A stretch of 64,000 nt of DNA from Candidatus Hydrogenedentota bacterium (GTDB taxonomy: Bacteria; Hydrogenedentota; Hydrogenedentia; Hydrogenedentales; SLHB01), in contig CAVUWV010000028.1 in the NCBI GenBank assembly GCA_963745075.1, forward strand, positions 128,001-192,000, written 5' to 3'. Below, one piece after another: positions 20,003 to 30,950 of this stretch (within the stretch, counting starts at the first letter, position 1; every line of letters begins with the position of its first letter). The position numbers and the translations under genes are program-made. The notes under the pieces were generated by a model. That model had not been told where the DNA came from, did not search any database, and saw only the letters and a list, made by a program, of their open reading frames with translations.

Positions 20003-21754
20003 ATGGACAAGATGACCGGTGGTGAAGTAATCGCGCGCATGCTGCGCCTGGAGGGCGTCGAGAAGGTGTTCGGCATCATCGACGGCACCTACTTCGGGTT
20101 GTATTCAAGTCTGGGGAAGTACGGCATCGAGCTCATCACGCCGCGGCACGAAACTTGTGCGGCTCACATGGCCGGAGCGTACGCCCGTATGACCGGAAAG
20201 CTCGGCGTCTGCATCGCGAGCAATGGGCCGGGCGTGGCGAACATTCTCCCCGGAGTTGCCGTAGAAAACGGCGAGGGGAACCGGGTCCTCCTCATTACCA
20301 GCACGCGGCGGACGGGAATCGGATATCCCGATCGCGGCGGTACGTACCAGTATTTTAATCAAGTGGGCGTCATCACGCCCATGGCGAAGTGGAGTGGTGC
20401 GGTTCCGACCTTTGCGCGCGTGCCGGAACTTATGCGGCGTGCGTTTCGGAAATCGTATGCCGGGCGGCCCGGCGTCGTGCATGTCGACGTGCCCGAAGAC
20501 ATCATGAACGGGAAGGATGTTTGCGAAGCCTTACCGGAACCGACCGCGTACCGGCGCACCTCCCCCATCGTCCCCGACCCGGAGCAGGTGAAGGCGTCGG
20601 CGGAATTGCTTATCGCGGCGGAACTGCCGCTAATCCATGCGGGCAGCGGCATCATTCATGCTGAAGCCTTTGACGAACTGCGTCTGGTGGCGGAGATGTT
20701 GCACTGTCCCGTCACGACGAGTTGGGCCGCCCGCGGCGTTTTCCCCGAGAACAACGATCGCGCGATCCCTATGTTATACGTGGCCCTCAACAACCAGGTC
20801 CGCAACGACGCAGACGTAGTATTGGCGCTCGGATCGCGCATCGGTGAAACGGATTGGTGGGGTAAATCCCCGAACTGGCGACCCGCCGCGCAACAGAAGT
20901 TGATCCAAGTCGACATCGACGACGACATCCTTGGGCTGAACAAACCGACGACCCTGGCCGTGCTCGGAGACGTGAAGGTATTTCTGAAGGAACTGGTTCC
21001 GCTACTCGCTGAGAAGAAGGAGAGGATTCGGTTTAACAGCCGTCGTGCGTCGATTCAGCGGTACGCGTCCGAACGCCGCCAACAACGGCAGAAGCTGGAT
21101 CGGTCACTGGGCGACGAAGGTCCCCTTATGAACACGGCGCACGTGGCGCGCGTATGTGAACGTTTTTTCGAAGACGATGCAATCTGCGTCATCGACGGCG
21201 GTAACACGGCAATCTGGGCGCACTTCTTCCGCGAGGTCACGTTCCCCAATACGATTTTGCAGACCGCCAAGTTTGGGATGCTCGGAGCGGGTGTGGCCCA
21301 AGCGCTGGGCGCAAAGGTTGCCCATCCCAATCGGCAGGTTTATTGCATCATCGGCGACGGCGCGATGGGATTCCATCCGCAGGAGATCGAAACGGCAGTG
21401 CGGAACAACCTGCAAGTCACATATCTGGTCTGTTGCGACAAGCAATGGGGTATGGTGAAGATGAACCAGCAATTCGCGCTGCGTCCGATCAAGACGATGT
21501 TCGCCAAGTCTCTGGGTCCGAATGAGACGATCAACGCGGATCTCGGCGAGATTGCCTGGGATAAACTCGCGGAGAGCATGGGCGCGCATGGCGAGCGCAT
21601 ATCGCAGCCCAAGGACCTGCACGCGGCGTTGGACCGCGCGCAGGAGTCGGGTCGTTGCGCGGTTATCCATGTGGACGTCGATCCCGTCAAGCACATGTGG
21701 GCACCGAATCTACTCGACTTCAAGAAAATGCATCAAGAACCCAAGGGAAAGTAG
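20003..21754 (+). CDS. Thiamine-pyrophosphate-dependent enzyme (acetolactate synthase-like superfamily)
   Basis: PRHETCAAHMAGAYAR, GPGVAN and GDGAMG TPP motif; start at ATG 20003. Confidence 0.9.
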   Translation: MDKMTGGEVIARMLRLEGVEKVFGIIDGTYFGLYSSLGKYGIELITPRHETCAAHMAGAYARMTGKLGVCIASNGPGVANILPGVAVENGEGNRVLLITSTRRTGIGYPDRGGTYQYFNQVGVITPMAKWSGAVPTFARVPELMRRAFRKSYAGRPGVVHVDVPEDIMNGKDVCEALPEPTAYRRTSPIVPDPEQVKASAELLIAAELPLIHAGSGIIHAEAFDELRLVAEMLHCPVTTSWAARGVFPENNDRAIPMLYVALNNQVRNDADVVLALGSRIGETDWWGKSPNWRPAAQQKLIQVDIDDDILGLNKPTTLAVLGDVKVFLKELVPLLAEKKERIRFNSRRASIQRYASERRQQRQKLDRSLGDEGPLMNTAHVARVCERFFEDDAICVIDGGNTAIWAHFFREVTFPNTILQTAKFGMLGAGVAQALGAKVAHPNRQVYCIIGDGAMGFHPQEIETAVRNNLQVTYLVCCDKQWGMVKMNQQFALRPIKTMFAKSLGPNETINADLGEIAWDKLAESMGAHGERISQPKDLHAALDRAQESGRCAVIHVDVDPVKHMWAPNLLDFKKMHQEPKGK

Positions 21755-21773
21755 GAACGCCGGATGGTAGCGA

Positions 21774-22691
21774 ATGGCCATTGACGACGTCCGACTGAAT
21801 TTCAATCCGGGTAACGTCTGGCTGGTGAATCTCGTGCTGGCCGTGATCATGTTCGGTGTGGCGCTGGACTTAAAGACCGAGGACTTCAAGCGGGTCCTGC
21901 GCGAGCCGAAAGCGCCGCTCCTGGGATTGACGGCCCAGTTTGTCCTCTTCCCGGCATTCACGTATTTGCTGACCCTGGTTCTTCGACCCGCACCCAGCGT
22001 GGCATTGGGTATGATACTCATCGCAGCCTGCCCCGGCGGCAATATGTCCAACTTTGTGACGTACCTCGCCGGTGGCAATACTGCACTCTCGATCAGCATG
22101 ACGGCCGTATCCTCGCTGGTCGCGGTATTGATGACGCCGCTGAATCTCACCTTCTGGGGTGGTATGAATCCGGAAACGGCAGATTTACTCAATCGGATCA
22201 ACCTCAATCCCTTGAGCGTATTTCTCACGGTGCTGTTGATCCTTGGCATCCCCCTCGTTTGCGGAACCACTATCGCGCGTTCCTTCCCGGCCTGGGCCGA
22301 CCGTTTGCACCGGCCGTTCAAGTTCTTATCAGTAGCCTTTCTCTTGGGGATCATCACGGTCGCATTTGCGGGCAACTACACCGTCTTCATCGCAAACGCA
22401 GGCACCGTTCTCGGCGCGGTAGTTCCGCACAACGCCGTGGCTTTTCTCTGCGGCTATGGGATCGGGCGGCTGACCGGTCTGTCCAATCGGGATGTTCGTG
22501 CCTTGACCATCGAAGTGGGCATTCAAAATTCTGCGCTTGGACTGACACTCATCTTCGCCTTCTTCCCCGCTCTCGGCGGCATGGCACTGGTCGCGGGTGG
22601 ATGGGGACTATGGCACATCATCGCCGGCCTCACGTTGGCGACGGCATGGTCGCGCATATCACAACCGGCTGAAGCGAAAGAGCCCGCATGA
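21774..22691 (+). CDS. Bile acid:sodium symporter (BASS) family transporter
   Basis: ACPGGNMSN and IEVGIQNSALG motifs; multiple TM helices. Confidence 0.9.
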   Translation: MAIDDVRLNFNPGNVWLVNLVLAVIMFGVALDLKTEDFKRVLREPKAPLLGLTAQFVLFPAFTYLLTLVLRPAPSVALGMILIAACPGGNMSNFVTYLAGGNTALSISMTAVSSLVAVLMTPLNLTFWGGMNPETADLLNRINLNPLSVFLTVLLILGIPLVCGTTIARSFPAWADRLHRPFKFLSVAFLLGIITVAFAGNYTVFIANAGTVLGAVVPHNAVAFLCGYGIGRLTGLSNRDVRALTIEVGIQNSALGLTLIFAFFPALGGMALVAGGWGLWHIIAGLTLATAWSRISQPAEAKEPA

Positions 22692-23655
22692 GCGACGCCA
22701 CACGGAAGCCATCGGTCCTGATCACCGGCGCGAACGGGTATCTCGGGAGGGTAGTGGTTCGTGCGCTGGCGGATGAAGCGGCGAAATTGGAACGTATCGT
22801 CGCGCTCGACGTTCGACCCTTGCCGGCCCGCGAAGAACTCAATGGCGTCGTGTATCGGACGGGTGATGTGCGTTCCCCGGAACTCGCGGACATTCTGGGC
22901 GAGTTCTCGATCACAACCGTGGTCCATCTGGCCTCGATCGTGAATCCCGGCAAGAATACTGACCGTGCGTTTCTGTATTCCGTGGACGTCGAGGGAACCG
23001 AGAACGTCCTGGCCTGTTCCCTGAAGTCCGGCGTGAGTCATATCGTCGTCACGAGCAGTGGCGCGGCGTACGGCTATTATCCCGATAACCCTACTCCGTT
23101 GCGCGAAGATGATGCTCTACGCGGCAACCCCGAGTTTGCATACTCCGACCACAAGCGGCTCGTGGAAGAACTCCTCGCCCGATACCGGACGGACCACCCG
23201 CAGTTGCGGCAATTGATCCTGCGACCAGGCACCATTCTTGGAGATAAGACCTCAAACCAAATCACCAACCTCTTCGAGGGACGTTTTGTCTTAGGGTTGC
23301 GCGGTTCGTCGGCTCCGTTCGTCTTCATTTGGGACCAGGATGTTGCCACGTGCATCGTGCGGGGAGTACTTGAAGAAAAGACTGGGATTTACAACCTTGC
23401 CGGGGACGGCACACTCACCATGAGCGAAATTGCGGCGATCCTCGGTAAGCCGTATATTGTCGTGCCCGTTTCGTTGTGCGTAGTGCGTTGTGGGTATTGA
23501 AGCGCTTAGGACTGACATCGTACGGTCCCGAGCAAGTCGATTTTCTACGTTACCGGCCGGTTCTCAGCAATGAACGGCTGAAGACAGAGTTCCCCTACAC
23601 ACCCGAGAAGAACTCGGAAGAGACGTTCCGATTCTGGCTCGAACACCGGCGGTGA
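22688..23655 (+). CDS. Extended SDR / NAD-dependent epimerase-dehydratase; frameshift near 23474
   Basis: TGANGYLG, HLAS and YSDHK; C-terminus continues in another frame (YGPEQVDFLRYRPVLSNERLK...) to TGA 23655. Confidence 0.85.
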
Positions 23656-23659
23656 CCGC

Positions 23660-24659
23660 TTATTTGTGCAGGCCGCGTTCCCTCAGGAGTGGCAGGAGCA
23701 CGTCCAGCTGATCGGTCTGAATGTAGTCGGCGCCCGCCTCGATGGCGCGGGTCAGGCTTTCCGCGTTGTCCTTGTCTCCCATCGTATTCACGAAGGCCTT
23801 GCGTCCATCGAGATGAATCTCGCGCACCAGTTCCTCGGAGAAATACCGCCAGTCAATATTGACGATCGGTGGGTCAAGTTCGGCAATCACTTGCTGAAGG
23901 CCCGGAAGTCCTTTCGGAGCGGTCGGGCGAATGATGAAACCGGGATCGATGGCGAGCGTCGCTTTCATCTTGTCCCAATCGCCGCAATAGAGCGTTACCT
24001 TTCCCAATAGTCCTGCCTTGCGAACGGCCTCGACGACCTTTTCGGGATCGCCGGCTTTGAAATCAATATCGGGGAGGGCGCGACCCTTGATCGCATCCAA
24101 TACCTCCTCGAACGTAGGAACGTGTTCCCCTTTATAGGTGTCGCCGAACCACGAACCTGCATCGAGCGTTTTGATTTCGCCGAGGGCAAGCCCCGCCACG
24201 TCGCCGCGCCGGTCCGTCGTGCGGGCGACGGACTGGTCGTGCATGATGACCAAGCTGGCCGTCGCTGGTTTGGCGCACATCCATTTCGAGCAGATCCGCG
24301 CCATGCTCGATGGCCGCATTGAACGCGGCAATCGTATTTTCCGGCGCGAACTTGACGGTACCCCGATGCCCAACCGTCACGACGCCGGGAAACGTGTAGA
24401 CCACCTCGCCGTTCTTCCGGATTTCCAGGACGCGTGACGCCCGGGCATCGATTACCGCCATCACCGGTGTGCCTTTACTGAGACCGCCGACGGTGTACAG
24501 CGGCGTGCCATTCTCCACCATCATCCGCGTTTCCGCGCTGGCCAGGGGATAACCTTGAGACGACAGGAGTTGCACCGCTTCGTTGGACGTGATGGGGTCG
24601 AGCCCCCAGGCGCTAAGTAGGAAAAGAACCGTGGGCGTCAGACGCAGTATGGATCGCAT
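23660..24659 (-). CDS. Glycerophosphodiester phosphodiesterase with N-terminal PepSY-like segment; frameshift near 24253
   Basis: GHRG, PENT and EMDVRQTSDG in one frame; MHD, VPTFEEVL and GADYIQTD in the next. Confidence 0.85.
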
Positions 24660-24778
24660 GGTAAGACACTCCTCGATGATTGGGTATGAACGAGAGTACT
24701 GACCTGAACGCGTCCGTTTCAAACGAAGGGATCCGCAAACCGAATGCCGGCGGCTTCGCGGTTCGTAAAGCCGATGGT

Positions 24779-24841
24779 GTAGGGACCCCCTTACCGGGGC
24801 GGAGATCCGGTTGGGCTGAAAGGGCGGTCGGAGGTCCCTAC
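24779..24841. repeat. GTAG-tagged REP-like doublet
   Basis: GTAGGGACC...GGTCCCTAC inverted ends. Confidence 0.55.
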
Positions 24842-24890
24842 ATCAGCGGCCTCGCCGTGGCCGGCGACAGCCAGACCATACGCGACTGCC

Positions 24891-24928
24891 GTTAGAGGTT
24901 TGTTAGCGACTCTTAGCCGGTTTGTCAC
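24891..24928 (+). promoter_or_regulatory. Possible Pho-box/OmpR-type direct repeats
   Basis: GGTTTGTTAG and GGTTTGTCAC exactly 22 bp apart, plus GTTAG/CTTAG half-sites, between the GDPD and alkaline phosphatase genes. Confidence 0.3.
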
Positions 24929-25036
24929 GCGAAAACCATCGCGGACCTGGTGCATATGCCCCACAAAATCGGTATACTTGGGTCTTTGTGCCGAACCACC
25001 GTTTATTGGTCCGGCTTGGCAGTATGGAGAAATGCG

Positions 25037-26391
25037 ATGCGTCCACGTAGTTTGATCATTTACCCGCTAATTGCACTATTTTGCCTGGGAAGCGCAAACG
25101 CGCAGGAGAAGACGGCCGAGGGCCCGGTCGCAAAGAATGTGATCGTTTTTGTTGCCGACGGTTGGGGGTTTAATCACGTCCTCGCAACCGACTACTACCA
25201 GTACGGCGAGACCGGTAAGCAAGTTTACGAGCGCGAATTCACCGAGTACGGCATGGACACCCATTCCCTGAAAGTTCCGCCGTACGATCCGGAAAAGGCC
25301 TGGGGCGATTTCGAGTGGGTCAAGAAGGCCGCCACGGATTCCGCCGCTTCAGCAACGGCCATGTCGAGTGGGGTCAAGACCCTGAACGGCGCCATCGGTG
25401 TCGATGAGAACGACAACCCCGTGGAACACGCCGTTGACCGTGCGGAGAAACTCGGGAAGTCGACCGGGGTCATCACCTCCGTTCTGCTCAGTCACGCCAC
25501 GCCGGCCGCCTTTTCGGCCCACGATCGGAGCCGCGGGAACTACGAAGAAATATCCAAGGAAATGATCAACCGCAGCGGCCTCGACGTGATCATGGGTTGC
25601 GGACACCCCGACTACGACAAGAACGGTGAATTGCTTTCCGAAGACGCCGATAAATCGTACCGTTACGTCGGCGGGCCGGATACTTGGGCGGAGATTGTTG
25701 CGGGGACGGCCGGCGCCGATTGCGATGGCGACGGCATACCCGACCCCTGGACATTGATTCAGACGCGGGAAGGTTTTCAGAAGCTGATGTCCGGCGACAC
25801 GCCGAAGCGCGTGATCGGTGTCGTGCCGGTGGAAACCTCGCTGCAAGTGGAACGCTACATGGACAAACTTCCGTCCGACGACGCGCCCTTCAAAGTCCCC
25901 TACCTGAAAACCTCCCCCTCGTTCGCGGACATGGCGCTGGGGGCGATCAACGTGCTCGACAACAATCCTGACGGCTTCTACCTGATGATCGAAGGCGGCG
26001 CGGTGGATTGGGCCAGTCACGAGAATTACACGCCCCGCATGATCGAAGAAATGGTCGCATTTAACGAAGCGGTCAGGCGGTCGTGGATTGGGTCGAGAAG
26101 AACAGCAGTTGGGACGATACTCTGGTCATCGTCACCGGTGACCATGAGTGCGGCTATCTGTGCGGTCCCGGCTCCGACCCGGAATGGAAGCCCGTCGTAA
26201 ACAATGGCAAAGGCAACACTCCCGGCGTGGAGTGGCACAAGGGAAGTCATACGAACAGCCTGATCCCGCTATTCGTTAAGGGCGCCGGTGCGGACTTGTT
26301 CAAGAATTACGTCATTGGTACCGACCCGAAACGAGGCGACTACGTGGACGATACGGCCGTGAGCAAGGTTCCGTTTGCGGTAATGCACTAA
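25037..26391 (+). CDS. phoA: Alkaline phosphatase; frameshift near 26075
   Basis: NVIVFVADG, TDSAASATA, SHATPAAF and EGGAVDWASH, then VTGDHE and SHT in the next frame. Confidence 0.9.
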
Positions 26392-27413
26392 CTTTGGCCG
26401 GAATTCGCGGCTGCCGAATGCGTGGAGATTGTTTCAGTTCCCGCAATGGCGGCCGCGAACTTTTCAATCTCGTTCTCGACCTGCTCGTGGTCGTAGTCCC
26501 AATAGATATGATGATTGGAGCGCGGCAACCACACGAGCTGTTTGTCCGTCGAGGCCATGGCATTGAATGCCTGCTCGGCCGCTTCGGGCGACGCGGCGAC
26601 GTCGCCATGGGAATGAAGCATGAGCACCGGGCACGTCACGTTGTCGAGGACAGCGGGGTCATTGACGCGCCGGCCAAGTTCGTTCAGCATGACGCCCGCC
26701 TTCGTCGGCAGCCACGTGTAGCAAATGATGTCGTCTTTCACACTGCGATCGTTGACCTGCAGGAACAAGTCCCCCTTATATACCCAGCGAAAGATGTGAC
26801 TCCCGATATCGGTCCACTTCTCGGGACGCAGACCGTAGTACCAGCGGTCGGTCACGCCAAAATAGGCCCCGCCGAGTACGATCCCGTCAACCGGGACTTG
26901 GGTCGCGGCGATCGTGCTGAGCGCGCCTCCCATGGAATGGCCAATGAGAATGACTTTACCGTGTTTCTCGCGCAAGGCCGCGGCCTCGTTGACCACGGTA
27001 TCGATCAACTCGTCCGCGGAGACCGTCTCAAGGTCTTTCGGACTGGTTCCGTGACCCGGCAACAATAGAACGCGAACCCGCCAACCGTCTTCCGCAAGCA
27101 TGTCCGGAACCTGCCGAAAATTGTTGCCACTCCCGGCAAACCCGTGCACGAACAGCGCGGCTTGTGGCGCGTCTTCCGGTCCCAGATCGCGGGATTCAGC
27201 GCCGAGGATGACACCGGTATCGGGATCGCGCGCGGTATGCCGATCTTCACGATTCACGAGCCAACCCGTCATAGCGCCGTATCCTCCCCAAGTGAACAGG
27301 ACCAGGACCAGCGCAACCGCGCCAGCGCGTTTCCATCGGATTTGTGTGCGGGGCCTATCCGAACTGCGCGGCGAGGGAACGGACTGTGCGTTGTCGGCAA
27401 TCGAACCATCCAT
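26388..27413 (-). CDS. Membrane-anchored alpha/beta hydrolase (carboxylesterase/lysophospholipase-like)
   Basis: HGFAG, LPGHG and GHSMGG nucleophile elbow; later D and H triad candidates; N-terminal TM helix. Confidence 0.85.
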   Translation of the reverse strand: MDGSIADNAQSVPSPRSSDRPRTQIRWKRAGAVALVLVLFTWGGYGAMTGWLVNREDRHTARDPDTGVILGAESRDLGPEDAPQAALFVHGFAGSGNNFRQVPDMLAEDGWRVRVLLLPGHGTSPKDLETVSADELIDTVVNEAAALREKHGKVILIGHSMGGALSTIAATQVPVDGIVLGGAYFGVTDRWYYGLRPEKWTDIGSHIFRWVYKGDLFLQVNDRSVKDDIICYTWLPTKAGVMLNELGRRVNDPAVLDNVTCPVLMLHSHGDVAASPEAAEQAFNAMASTDKQLVWLPRSNHHIYWDYDHEQVENEIEKFAAAIAGTETISTHSAAANSGQS

Positions 27414-27425
27414 AACGCATCCCAC

Positions 27426-30400
27426 CTATTCGCCAACGTCCATCTCTTTCGCAAGACTCTTGATCTTCTTGAGATCCATCTTTCCCGTACCAAGAACCGG
27501 AATTTCGGAAATGCGATAGAAGGACGTGGCCTTGGGACGCCACAAGTTGGGGAGATCGCAGTCCTTGAGTTTATCCACGAGGACTTCAAGTTCACCGTCC
27601 ATCAGGGTATGCAGCACGACGAGCCGTTCGCCCTTCTGGTCGTCCGGGACGCTGGTTACGGCAAAGGTCTGCTCGTGAAGATCCAAGAGATGGTGCAAGG
27701 TCTCTTCGACTTTATTATGGGGGACCATTTCGCCGCCGATCTTGCTGAATCGCGCCAGGCGATCCGTGATAGTGATGAAGCCATCCTCATCGATGGAAGC
27801 GATATCGCCGGTGTTGTACCACCCATCCTTGAGTACCTCGGCCGTCTTTTGGGGCTGCCCGAGATAGCCTTTCATAATGTTCGGGCCCTTGACCCATAAC
27901 ACGCCCGATTCACCGATACCCAACCGTTCGCCCGTGTCGGGATCGGTAACTTTGACCGACACGCCGGGCATGGCCTGACCGATGGTGCCGTGCTTCGTCC
28001 CCTTCTGATAGAAGCCGGGCACGCGGTAATCCGGTACGTTGACGGAGACTGCCGGCGCACATTCGGTCGTGCCGTAGCCTTCCAGCGGCTCCACACCGAA
28101 CTTCGCCTTGAAGGCTTCTCGCACGCGAGTAGGCAGCTTTTCCGCACCGGTCACGACGTATTCGAGACTGCTGAATTCCTCCGGAAGACAGCGGCGGATA
28201 AATCCCTGCAAGAACGTGGGCGTCGCGATGAGAAAGCGCGGTTGGTATTTGTAGACCAACTGGCCGATGATCTTCGCCTCCAGCGGGTTCGGGTGATACG
28301 CCGCGGGAAATCCACGCCACATGGGAAGCCACAGCGTGCCCATGAATCCAAAGGAGTGGAAAAATGGCAGAATACCCATAAAGCCGTCGCCGGTCTCGTT
28401 CGGAAACACCTGTGCGATGCTCTCGACATTCGACAGCACGTTCTTGTGCGTGAGCATCACACCTTTGGGCTCACCTTCGCTGCCGCTGGAGAAGATTACC
28501 GTGCACAGATCCTCTTCGTCGCGTTCCTTCGCCATTCCGCAGAGTCGTTCGACGATGCGTACCGGGCAGCACAGGGCGATTAACGTTGCCACAACGCGAT
28601 CGCCGCTCGTGATCGATTTCTTCACGTCGTCGAGATAGATCGCGGTGCCGGGGACTTCGACGGGAAAGCGCTCCAGAAACTCCTTTGCAGTCAGTACGTG
28701 CTGGATCCCGCATTGCCGCGCGGCGGATTGAATGGATTGGGCTGACGCGGTGTAATTGAGATTTACTGCGACCTTGCCCATAAACTGCACCGCAATGTTC
28801 GCCAGCGCGCCACCCACCGACTGCGGCAGCAATAAGCCGATCATCTCCTCGGGTCCCACGAGATTCTTCAGTTTGCGGGCCAGGGCAATGGACCCCACGT
28901 AGGTCTTGAAGAACGACAACTTTGGGGTGCGCCCGTCGCCGATGGCCATCATGAAGGGGTGCTTGCGCACCGTTCGCACGAAGCTTCGGTGCAACAGCGG
29001 GCACTCCAGCTCCCGATGCAGGTAGGCGTCCGAGCCCAGTTCCTGCACGGCCGTCCGTACCGACGCCGAATCGCTGTCGTGGCTCAATGGTTCGCCGATG
29101 CTGACCCCGATGGGATAGGGAATGCGGCGCGGCCGCTTGAAGAAGAACTTGCCGTTCGCGAAACTGAAGATACTGCCCCACAACTGATCCAGGTATACGG
29201 GAATGATGGGCGCCTCGACGCCTTTCATAATCCGCTCGAACCCTTTGCGGAACGGCAGCATCTGTCCCGTCCGCGAAATCTGGCCCTCGGCGAAGATACA
29301 GACAATTTCGCCATTCTGAATGGCCGTGGTGGCCGTACGCAGCGACTCGACCAATTCCCGCGGTCCACCCATGGCGGAAATCGGAATGGCCTGCATCATC
29401 TTCGCGATGGGTCGAATCCACGGTATCTGATAGATTTCATCGGCCATGATGAACCGGATGGGCCGGTCGATTGATGCGGTGATTACAAGCGCATCGATAA
29501 ACGAAACATGGTTCGCGACCAACAGCGCACCGCCCTCTTCCGGAATGTGCTCGCGGCCGGTGACTTTGAGCCGGTAGATGGTATTGGTGAGAATCCAGAG
29601 GATGGACCGTACCAGCATGATTGGCAGAATCAAACAGGACACGCCAAGGACGGTCAAGGTCGCGACGCCGGTAAACAGGAATGCCGTGCGGCTCCCCATG
29701 CCCAACTGGCCCATCCCAAGATACGCCGCGTTGCCGAGAAGAATACCGACCCACGTCATCATGTTCGTGGTGGCGATGATTCCCCCACGGGCCTCTTTCG
29801 GGCTACGTTGTTGGAGACCGGCGGCCAATGGCACGTCAAACACGCCGCCGCCGATACCGATGAACAAAAGCATCAGGGCCGCCGCGGGATAGGAAACGCC
29901 CAGCCACGGCATCAAAATACAACTCACGGCCAAGAGTCCGGCGCCCAGTGGCACCAGGCCGACTTCGATCTTTCCACGCGACACATAGCCTGCGGTCATC
30001 GCTCCGCCACCGATGCCCAGCGACAATACCGCGCTCAAGATCCCTGTCTCCGTTTCGCCAAGACCGAGTTGAAGTTCCGCATAGTCCATGATTGCGGTAA
30101 ACAGCAACGCACCGGCGAACCAGAAATAGCTGTACCCGAAGACAATCATCCGGAGCCAGCGGTCGCCCCAAATGATTTTGAAATCGTGCCCCATTCCCGA
30201 CCATGGATTCATCCGGATGAGGCGTTCAGGGTTCGCCGCCGGAGGCTCCGTAATTCCGTACGAGGTCATCAAGCCAAACGCCGACAATCCCATGAGCACC
30301 ACGCCGGCGAAGTACACGCGATCGATGCCCAACGCTTCGAACAAGTATCCGGCCAAGGCCGTGCCCGCGATGATTGCGATCATGGTCGTCATCTGAACGA

Positions 30401-30866
30401 TGCCGTTGGCCCATGACAGGCGTTCTTCGGGGAGCATTTCGGGGAGGATGCCGTACTTCGCGGGTCCGAACATGGCCGACTGACTCGCCATCAGAAACAT
30501 GACGACCCAAAGGACCATGGGCTCATGGAACCAGAACCCAAGCGCACCGAGCCCCATGATCCCGACCTCGAGATACTTCGTCCACACCGCGACTCGTTTC
30601 TTGCTGAAGCGGTCGGAAAGCGAACCGAAGAAACCGGGAAACAGGATGAACGGCACCGCGAGTATCACACCCGCGATTGCCATGATCGTGCCCCGCTCTG
30701 TTACGCTGCCGTTGGAGGTCGCGTAGGCCGCAAGGGCGAAGACCATAACCAGCTTGTAGAGGTTGTCGTTGAAGGCCCCCTGGAATTGGGTTACGACCAG
30801 CGCCCAGAACCCTGGAGCGCGGTATTCTTTTCGATGCGTTTCGTAAGCGGGCACCGATGCATTCAT
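27426..30866 (-). CDS. aas: LplT-like MFS plus PlsC acyltransferase plus acyl-ACP synthetase fusion
   Basis: QGAFNDN and FGPAKY (MFS); NHVSFID and FAEG (PlsC); FSSGSEGEPKG, EGYGTTE, YNTGD and RFSKIGGE (AMP-binding). Confidence 0.92.
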   Translation of the reverse strand: MNASVPAYETHRKEYRAPGFWALVVTQFQGAFNDNLYKLVMVFALAAYATSNGSVTERGTIMAIAGVILAVPFILFPGFFGSLSDRFSKKRVAVWTKYLEVGIMGLGALGFWFHEPMVLWVVMFLMASQSAMFGPAKYGILPEMLPEERLSWANGIVQMTTMIAIIAGTALAGYLFEALGIDRVYFAGVVLMGLSAFGLMTSYGITEPPAANPERLIRMNPWSGMGHDFKIIWGDRWLRMIVFGYSYFWFAGALLFTAIMDYAELQLGLGETETGILSAVLSLGIGGGAMTAGYVSRGKIEVGLVPLGAGLLAVSCILMPWLGVSYPAAALMLLFIGIGGGVFDVPLAAGLQQRSPKEARGGIIATTNMMTWVGILLGNAAYLGMGQLGMGSRTAFLFTGVATLTVLGVSCLILPIMLVRSILWILTNTIYRLKVTGREHIPEEGGALLVANHVSFIDALVITASIDRPIRFIMADEIYQIPWIRPIAKMMQAIPISAMGGPRELVESLRTATTAIQNGEIVCIFAEGQISRTGQMLPFRKGFERIMKGVEAPIIPVYLDQLWGSIFSFANGKFFFKRPRRIPYPIGVSIGEPLSHDSDSASVRTAVQELGSDAYLHRELECPLLHRSFVRTVRKHPFMMAIGDGRTPKLSFFKTYVGSIALARKLKNLVGPEEMIGLLLPQSVGGALANIAVQFMGKVAVNLNYTASAQSIQSAARQCGIQHVLTAKEFLERFPVEVPGTAIYLDDVKKSITSGDRVVATLIALCCPVRIVERLCGMAKERDEEDLCTVIFSSGSEGEPKGVMLTHKNVLSNVESIAQVFPNETGDGFMGILPFFHSFGFMGTLWLPMWRGFPAAYHPNPLEAKIIGQLVYKYQPRFLIATPTFLQGFIRRCLPEEFSSLEYVVTGAEKLPTRVREAFKAKFGVEPLEGYGTTECAPAVSVNVPDYRVPGFYQKGTKHGTIGQAMPGVSVKVTDPDTGERLGIGESGVLWVKGPNIMKGYLGQPQKTAEVLKDGWYNTGDIASIDEDGFITITDRLARFSKIGGEMVPHNKVEETLHHLLDLHEQTFAVTSVPDDQKGERLVVLHTLMDGELEVLVDKLKDCDLPNLWRPKATSFYRISEIPVLGTGKMDLKKIKSLAKEMDVGE

Positions 30867-30950
30867 GAGGAATTCCTCCCCTGAGGCCTACCGCACCGTA
30901 GGACCTCCGCCTTCATCCCATTAGTATAAACCTTTGCAGCGTCCAGCGCC

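Noticed and set aside
20003..21754. Calling the TPP enzyme ilvB because ilvC is in the window
   Set aside because: It lies about 13 kb from ilvC, has no ilvH neighbour, has an atypical motif end and sits with a transporter and an SDR.
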